Source: Phoronis australis (lineage: Eukaryota; Animalia; Phoronida). From it: a DNA stretch of 64,000 bases. Positions within the stretch are counted from its first letter, which is position 1. Every line of letters begins with the position of its first letter. The position numbers and the translations under genes are program-made. The DNA lies in contig NMRA01000045.1 in assembly GCA_002633005.1 (NCBI GenBank), positions 861,552 through 925,551 on the forward strand, given 5' to 3'. The notes beneath the pieces were generated by a model, which was not told where the DNA came from, searched no databases, and was given only the letters and a program-made list of their open reading frames with translations. Shown one piece after another: positions 55,485-64,000 of the stretch.

Positions 55485-58400
55485 TAATCATGAGAACCTG
55501 TTATGTTGTCATGGATGACTGAAATTTTAGAATTGCAATAGTCTCATACTGTTGCTGGCATTTGGCTGATGGTTATTTTTAGACATGTTGCATAACGGGA
55601 TCTGAACCCAATAAATCATCCCCTGTGTAGGTTTTATTTGCTTAACTTCCTGGGAGATGTTATCCTTACTTCTGATTGTGCAAATTTCACACTCTAGTCC
55701 AACATAAAGTCCAGGGCTGACACATGCCAAGTATATTCCTGGATGTTGTTGCCTTGGGCAATCCTCACTTACAGGGGTCCAGAAGTTTGAGCTGGTTCTC
55801 CAAATGCAGGACCCTTGTAACTGACAATTACCTTGTCGTGAGCACATGGGTGGCTCTTGTTCTTTGCCTCCTGTGTTTTGTTTAACTTTCAAAGTCTCTA
55901 TTTGCCATAAACAATACAGTGCGATGATGGAGACGTCCTTGAAATCACCTGTGCCCTTGTGAATACAGTATATTGCAAATTTTAGTTCTCAAAAATACAC
56001 AACTTGCTAAGCCTTTCAGTGCCACCTGGCAAAAATACCCATAGTATCCTACTTGGTTTGTGTTTGCTAGAATCAGTTGCCTGTGTTAATACCTACCCTA
56101 GTACCCTCTACCCCTTTCTGGCTGCTCAAAAATTTATTTTGTCAATGCCATTCCTTGGCTTAATGCCCAACCCTGCTTTTTTATTTCCTAGTTAAATACG
56201 CCCTGGACATTAGCCCAAATGAATACCGTGAATTCTAGGTAAGGAAATCTGAAAAATATAATAAGCTAGAAAATTAGTCATCAGCCTTGAAGTAAATGAA
56301 AACTCAAGACGACAAACATTTGTGTTTGTTTTTGTTTTTCTCTATGATTGGGAAACACTGTTGTACTAGTGCATCATTGCGGAATCAGGGATTTCTATTT
56401 TATTCTATTATCTTGAACTTTCTTTGCATCATACGGTAGTTTCTGTAATGTTGAATTGTTCATTTCATAGGTAGTGTTCTATCTAGCAGTTCTGAATGCT
56501 TTAGAGTTGGCGATTCCACTGGTGTTGTCAACCAGAGAATTTTCAGTTAGAAATCCTATTTTCAGAATACTGTCCTCATTGCCATTCTTGTTTCAGTCAC
56601 CTGTCATTTTTCCTTCTCTGCCATATTCCTCGTTGGGTTTCACCAGTGCTTGCTTACGCATTGCTTTCGTTTGATTGTAATCTTTGGTGATTTAGAGGTG
56701 AAAACAGTTTCTAAACCTAAGCTGTTTCAACCTGTGCTAATGTTCTCACAGCAGTGATGGGCCTTTATCCCACACCCATGAATGCTAGTGCAACAAAACA
56801 CAACATTCCCCCCCTATTGTCTGTTCTGTTTTCATTGCCGCAATCTGGAAGCATGTCGGTGGCCTGTTACCCATTTCATTGATCACGAGTGCTTCTTTAT
56901 CCTAGCTGCAACTATCGTTACCTACCGACTATAGCCTTGCTGCACTTGTTGTGATTTCTAAAACGGTGCGCATTCTCTTGTTTATTTTGGCCCATACCTG
57001 TGCAGGTTATTAACGTTGGCAATCTGGGTCAGTTCCTGTATGTTGTAACAGGAGACTTGTCGGAAGATGCATTACCCATGTTCCATTTGTCTTACATCGC
57101 ATAATTTCTTTTAGAAACTGGGCCTAGTTAAGTCTCTTGTTTCATGCACTGTACGCTGCTGCTTTGAATTTATCTAATATGTTAACCTATGCAGATGTAT
57201 CAGATGTGTCTTGTCTTGTTTAAAAAAAAAGAAAAAATTTGTATCGAGTTCCCGTTGCGCTTGATCTGTTTTTTTAAATTGTTCGTAACTGTTTAACTTG
57301 TAGTTACATTTCTAAGCTCCTTTTATTCATTGGCTAAAGTCACCTCGCTGTCAAAACTTGTTCGCAAGTTACAATAAAATCTCATCATAGGACACAATAT
57401 AACAGACAGGTGTAGTTTTTTCTCATTTTTCCATAAATGTTTTTAGTACCAGAATGATGCTTTACCATATGATATTATAGGTAATCATTTCAATTCCAAA
57501 AACCATAATCCATAAGATCTTTCTGTTCAAATAATAGAGAAACTCCAATATCCCAGTACCCCTCACAGACTCAAAAGAACAAAAATTTTGGATTTATAAA
57601 TAAGCTTAACACACTTGAACCTAATTTCAGTGATCCATTTTTGTTGTTGTATTAACGTATATTTATTCTACTTTTCGACAAACAAGCGTATCGTTTAGCG
57701 GATCTGGATCGCCTCTTTTACTTTCAGATTTATTTTCTACGTTATTTTCCAAAATTGGAATTCAAACATTCCAGTCACTGCAGTTAGTCACTCGCCACCA
57801 ATGTCTGCAACGTTTTGATACACCAGCTCTGTCTAATTCATTTGAACCCCTTTCTAGTGTTTCGTTCAGGTACAAGCTTTTCAATTTGTTTTTCAAACTC
57901 AATTCCCTGTAAGCAGTCAATTTCCGTGTATATCGCAGTGTATCAAGCTCTTGAAACGAGAGGTGAATCATCCTTCGAAGAATGAAGTGTCTTCCATAAA
58001 TAGCTGGTCTTCAGTAAACACTGTTTTGTTTGAAACTAGTAAAATTAAACAGGGCTCAGTTTCACTGTTTGGGGCTCTAGCTTGAAGACTGAGAGAATCA
58101 CCCAGGTTTTCAAGTGCTCTCAACAGTAGTTTTGGTTCCTGTTAAATTGATAATGGGCCAATTATTTGAAAAGAATATTTACCTGGGGTGTTGATGGTGA
58201 TAGTTATGCAATCATGTCTATAGGAAATGTAACCCATTTTGTAAAGATTTGGTTGGAAGCTCTTCATGTGAATAAAGGTGGGCAATAATAAAGTGCTATT
58301 GAGTTGATGTTATAAAACCCATTGATCTCCCTAGTTTCAGGTGCCTGTGCTATAAATTATCAGAAAGGCCCTTTTCCTCTAACATTAAAGCCTCTGTTTT

Positions 58401-59975
58401 AGGGTAGTGTCCGTCAGTGGCAAACCTGTTTTCCGTCTGCAAAAATGTAGATTTGTACGGAAATTTGGCTTGTAGTTTGCAAGTACGTAAAACCAGTTAA
58501 AAATATGCAAATTCGAAGCAGATTGTTTACCTAGTTGTTTCTCACTTAGTAATAAGCTAATGGTAGAAACGGAAGATTTTTAAATTAGAAATTAAAAAAT
58601 TATATATTCATACTATTTTAGTTAAAAAACGGGAGTTCCGAAGTCGGAAACTTGCTCTGATTCATTTGAAGTATTGCAAGAGAATTGACGAAGCGCACGG
58701 CTTCTATCGATATTCGTCATCACCGACCTAAACGCCTTGTTTTCTTGCGCACGTGGTGTCCTCACACTGTTCGTGACATGGCGAGACATTGGCAACAGTC
58801 GAGGTTTTTTGGCAGGCTGTACGGTACTTTTGTGAATAATTAAGAACATGTCATCTAGTGTAAAACATTGTTAAGTAAGGTCTTAAGCACTTTCTGCAGA
58901 AATGTTTTTGGTTTAAGAAATGAACATAACTTTAGACTTATCACTATTCATTGTAGAGACTGCAGTTGAGCATTCCTACAGTCGCGTTACTATTAATTGT
59001 GAAGTAAACTTGAGCTGTTAAACATCGACATTATTGGGAAACGCCTTTTTGAACACTATGCCTTTAGACACAGTTGTAGTTTGGTGATGCTAATAAAGCA
59101 ATATACCCCAGTTCAAAGTCAAGGCACCCACAGACATCTGTGTTGTTGCCTTTTCTGGTGGAATGGCTTTACAACCATACCAGCCATGTGGTCAGATGAC
59201 TGACCAGCTACAAGACGGGATGTCACTGACCTATTCATTATAGGGCTGTGATCTGCAGGAAGTCTTTAAAGTCCAGGTGTGTGTAGAAACACTCTTGAAT
59301 CTGTTAGTCTCCAGCTGCTGATAGAAAGTTCTCATTTACTTTGCTGAGGGATGCTTTTAGTGAATTGCCCATGTACTGGCTCAGTAAACTGAATAGCTAT
59401 TGCTAAAATGACATGGGCTGTTGAACAGTTTAACAGAAGGTACTAGAATGTTTTGAGTGCATTTTTGAAAGACTGTATGGTTCAGTGACAGTGGACCAAT
59501 GTAGTAATCCTGTTGCATCAGCCTGAAACTTGCTACAATGCTTAGTCTGTTCCCTTTTGGTATTCACTGTGAATTGCTGTGGTATAACTGAGTTCTTACG
59601 ATTGTCGGCTCTTGTTCATAATAGCACAATTTGGCTCGAAAGTCTGTAGATCTGTCAGTGTTCCCTGATGCAATGATCAGTGTTTTCCACAACCTGTTTT
59701 GACTCGTCGCAGTAACGATTTTACTTCAGCCTTGACGAGTTAGGCTTACCTGTGTCGTTTGAAAACCTTATTCAACATACTTGAACTTATGAGGTTTTAG
59801 TTATTCATACTCTTCGTACAAATTCGCACTTTTTTGACTTTCGGCACCTCTTCAGTGCATTTATTCCAAGACTTTACAAACAGTCCACCTACGGTAGTGA
59901 TACAAATTTCTGACGGTGTTTGTGGATTTTATAATTCTGGTGGAGTTAAAATTTTCTGAACGATTGGGTCCATGT

Positions 59976-60220
59976 CAGGGCTCGACATAACGAGCTGCAG
60001 GTCGCATTTGCGACCTGAAATTTGGAAATGCGAGCTGAGATTTTTGTCAGCTCGTATCAAGTCGCAAAATGCGACCTGGAATTTCCAACGAATGCGAGCT
60101 GAGTTTTTACACTTCTCAACAGATACCTGGCAAATACAAAGCAGCTCTTGTTAATCCGACCGTTATTTGGTCGCTGCCAAATCCAAGTTCAAAACAACAC
60201 TANAATAACGTCGAGCCCTG
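59976..60220. mobile_element. hAT-like MITE with an 11-bp TIR and 5-bp TSD
   Basis: CAGGGCTCGAC ... GTCGAGCCCTG flanked by CATGT on both sides, with internal tgcgacctg and tgcgagctgag subrepeats. Confidence 0.85.
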
Positions 60221-62773
60221 CATGTGTTGCCAAACTTTATACATTGTTGCTTTTACCACAAACAGCTGTTCCTTCATTGTATCTTGAAGTTACTCTCTGT
60301 TCTAACTAAATTAGTCAAATTGAGTTGCATTGTTTTCAAACTCTCCTTCTGTTCGGTTAATGGGCATTCCTGTCTTTAATTAGGGGAAAGTCTTACATCT
60401 CCAGCCAGACCTCCTTGCCCTACACTGGGAAGTTGCACCTGGGAAGTTGCACCCTAGTACACCCAAACGCATGTGGTGCTGGTTGGATGTCGTTAAGAAG
60501 GTTTGACGTCAGCCCTGCTGACCATTACTGCTCGTTGGCTGACATTCTCGCCTTAATAACTTCATTAACTCTACACCTAGCAATACTATGTTAACATTGG
60601 CTCGTTATGCAACCTGCACTGGGCGACTTGTTAAGAATTTAGGTATGGTTAAGTAATTAATACTACCAGGCGTCTTTTTGGAGTTACTTCCCCTGTTTCT
60701 AAGTTCCTATCTCTCACCGGTTTCTCTTGAAAACAAGAAAACTTGTATGTTTCGCAATGTTGCCCAGTGGCAACATGTAAAGTTGTGGTTTGTCGCTGGG
60801 TCAGTTATGGTAATGATGAATGACAGTTCTTGGGTTAAAGTAAGCTCCACAGAGGGCATTCATCCACTTTCGACAGGTGAAGGTTTTGTTTATAAGCCTC
60901 AACAGGAGACTTATGATGTCATCCATATTTTTGCTTCTAACCTTTTTCTTATTAAAAGTTCATGAGATGAGAGCCTTTCATCCCGGTCTTAATTTATCAG
61001 TCTCAGGTCATTGGGCACTATTGTCACCAGATATTTATGAATGCCCTGCTAATGTGTCATTGGTAATATGTAATGAATTACAGGTAGTTGATTATTATTT
61101 ATATCCCTTGACTGAATGGAGCATGCATTGCTTGACGTCTCATTAGTGGCATTCCCATCTGTTTTGAAATCATTGATGAAATATTTCAGGAAAAACATAC
61201 GTGGGATTAATTCTACAAACGGTCATGTCATGAATACCGGAAAGTTATATCTCCCCTGTTGGCAGACAGTAACACTACACACTTGTACACAATCAGTGCA
61301 GCACCAGGCATGTGTCAGCTGCAGTGATTTTGTGGCAAAAATCGGGCATAACGTGCCCACATTTTTAGAACCAGTTTAATGCCCCGTTATTCAGTAGAGA
61401 AACCTGGTTCTCGAAATGCAGGCATGCTATATCCGACTATTACCGATTTTGTTATATAGATAATGATCAGAATTTTAATTGCATCGACAAACTATGAAGG
61501 TCGTGAGTAATTCTCCCCGTATTAATCCATCGAAATTTGGTGAACACTCAGAAACCTGGCAAATTTGTGTCCCAATGCAAATATTTTCTCATTATAAGTC
61601 TTCATTGGATTGTTTTCACATTGGAACAACATCAATATGTAGTTTTGTTAATAACTATCAAAAGTGTCCCAAACTGGTGGTTTTATGAGTTAAGTATTGA
61701 TGTCTATGTCAAAACTCCTTGAAGGTAATGCAACAGATGTATACGGGCATAGGATACAGATTGTAAGTGAATAGGCATATATATTCATATTCATATATCA
61801 GTCTCTTCTAATATGAAATATCATTGGGTGTACTCATCCTGGCTTTACCCCCAGGGTGTTGGTATTGAGAAACTCAAATATCATGGTGTTGGTGGAGCGC
61901 GGTATGTGAAAATGAAATTTTTGAAAAGGCAGGTTACGTGTTTACTCGAATTGCCAATTTTAGGAGGTTGCATTTCTGTTGATCGCGTGCAATAAGCATG
62001 TAAAACCAGCTGAATATTCATAGTGTTCCGTTTATTTGCCCCCTGATATGTAATATCGTGCTTAGAGCTGAAAATAATTTCAAAGTGATGTACCTAGATA
62101 CTAATAAAAATGAACTAAAATACGGAATGTATAACTTTGGGGTGGACATTTAGCAGACGGACTATGGTATGAAAAATCAAGACAAAAACTGACAATAGGA
62201 TATGACAATGTTTCTTGATAAATGGCCCCATTGTGGCATTAATGCTTTTGATAACAGTGGTGGCAATTGTGTTATTCCTTCTGCTTAGGGATAGGGTGCC
62301 AGATGATCTCTGACCATGGTCAGATATAGTCCCACTGGGCCACTAAAGGGATTATCATTCCTTGTCAACTGGCAACATCAAGTTTAATGCGATTATCCTG
62401 GGGCAGTGGATTGGAGAAGTGTATTTTGTATACAATTATCCAGTGGTTGTCACTGTCTGACTGAACTGTCTGACTGGTTCTTGTTTACTGCTGCCACTGC
62501 AGAAACTGGAGCCCTGCAATTGCTCCTCGTTTTGCTGTGTTATAATATAGCATTACAGTCATTTTACTTGATCTAGGAGGGTTGATACAACATAGCTGAC
62601 TGATGAGTGGTTTCCTTTGTTTAATTCTATTGTGAATGGGTCGTTGCTGATGACTTCTGTCTACAACACAGACAGTGTAGTTGGCTAATCCTGTGTGCTT
62701 GACTGTGGATCACTGCAGAAAGATCCGGACTTGGAGATAGGATTTTTCAGCCTGTTAAGTCTACCTGTCGAAA

Positions 62774-63937
62774 ATGGGGTGTACTTGTTCAAAGCAATCA
62801 ACTCGTAGGAGTACAAGTAAACAGGAAAAGGTGTCTGGAGAAAATGTCTCTGAAGTCGTTTCTATTGAGGAGGCGGCATGTGATAAGAGGATGGGTGACA
62901 AGCTGGAACGCTTGGAGACTGATATATGTGGAAATAAGATGAGAAATGAGGCGAAGGATGGCTTAGGCAACAAGGAGATTTCACTGAATGTGGACGATGT
63001 TAGGGCAGTCTATGTCAAATGTTTGCCAGACACAGATGTGAGTCCTGAGATAGAATGCTGTGGGAGTACACTGTCGAATAGCTTGGAGACAGTGTGCCTT
63101 TTGAATGACAACTGTGAGGGTAGTCAGCATGAACTAAATGAGTTGTCTTCACAGAATGATATTTGCTACGCCAGTGTTCATCAATGTCCCAATATTTCAA
63201 CTGAAGAGTCGTGCAGTTCAGGTCATAATGGACAATATATGCCCCCATTTGCAGCCTGTGAGATATCAGAACAGAGTGCTAAGTTCACGGTGCCCCCGTC
63301 AATAACGTTCTCTCTGGTTGGCTACGAGAGCGGGAACGGCAACCTTGTGGCGACTGCCAGTGTCAACCCAGTTGTGTATGCGTCTCTACCAGTAGTCATT
63401 ACCGTCTCTACCAACAGTACTGATAAAGATGAAGATGAAAAAGGAGAAATGGTTGGCCAGTGCCAAGCACCCCAGAATAATGGAGTTGATATTACTACTG
63501 ATAACAACGAGGAAATCGGAGACAATAACCCGATGGATTACAAACTGAATTCACTAACATGGGATGTTTCTGCTGATGATGTTACCAGCACAACCTATGT
63601 AATCACGGAAACTGACTTGAGCTTTAATGTTGATTTGCACAATTTTGATGCTCCGCCAATACAGGGCATTTTGAAAACTAGGGCTCAGTCATCAAATTTT
63701 GCAAGACCAAAGAAGCGTGTTAGTTTCCCCGATGTTTTGGAAGATGTCGTCTGTATCGATACCCTCTCTGTGGGATCGATGTACGAAGAGGAGGATATTG
63801 GTGGTGTCATGGCCAATGGCAGCCATATTTGTGGCAGCCATGTTGATTGGAAAGATGCGTTAAGGTATTGGCAGTTAGACGGTTGTCCAGATCTGGATCG
63901 TGGGGTTGGTGACAGTTACCTGTGTCCTCGTCATCAG
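62774..63937 (+). CDS. 388-codon exon, probable alternative first coding exon of PPP1R12/MYPT (acylation signal, SILK and RVxF motifs, degenerate ankyrin segment)
   Basis: Uninterrupted frame from AAAATGG, with an in-frame TAA upstream at 62756. MGCTCSK N-terminus, GILK at 63665-63676, KKRVSF at 63710-63727, ending CAT CAG|GTAGTG. Probably absent from the ORF track because no stop occurs before the window end. Confidence 0.75.
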
Positions 63938-64000
63938 GTAGTGTTTGATGATCTTGTTTCTGCTCTTGTTCTAAGTGTGTGTTCTATAACTAGGTGTTGT

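Noticed and set aside
62761-63525. Three minus-strand ORFs (62761, 63015, 63322)
   Set aside because: Antisense shadows of the long plus-strand exon.

Overview
AT-rich, intron-rich animal genomic DNA, apparently from an invertebrate (species not determinable). Most of the supplied ORF track is noise, so genes were read exon by exon. Three loci are supported. (1) PAWR/Par-4 on the minus strand: ATG at 32941, exons at 32639-32941, 5962-6063 and 1115-1333, a ~26.6 kb first coding intron, and a 3' end beyond the left edge. (2) A complete 9-exon MRPS35 on the minus strand (50209 to 38313, about 353 aa). (3) The 5' end of PPP1R12/MYPT (myosin phosphatase targeting subunit) on the plus strand, with its ATG only 69 bp from the MRPS35 ATG. 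The most interesting item is missing from the ORF track: a 388-codon plus-strand ORF (62774-63937) about 12 kb downstream of MYPT exon 1. It starts MGCTCSK (myristoylation/palmitoylation-type signal), carries PP1-docking motifs GILK and KKRVSF plus a degenerate ankyrin segment, and ends in the same phase-0 CAT CAG|GTA junction as canonical exon 1. This suggests an alternative first exon encoding a membrane-anchored myosin phosphatase subunit. Introns contain many non-autonomous DNA transposons (Harbinger-like, hAT-like with 8- or 5-bp TSDs, a fold-back element) and minisatellites.
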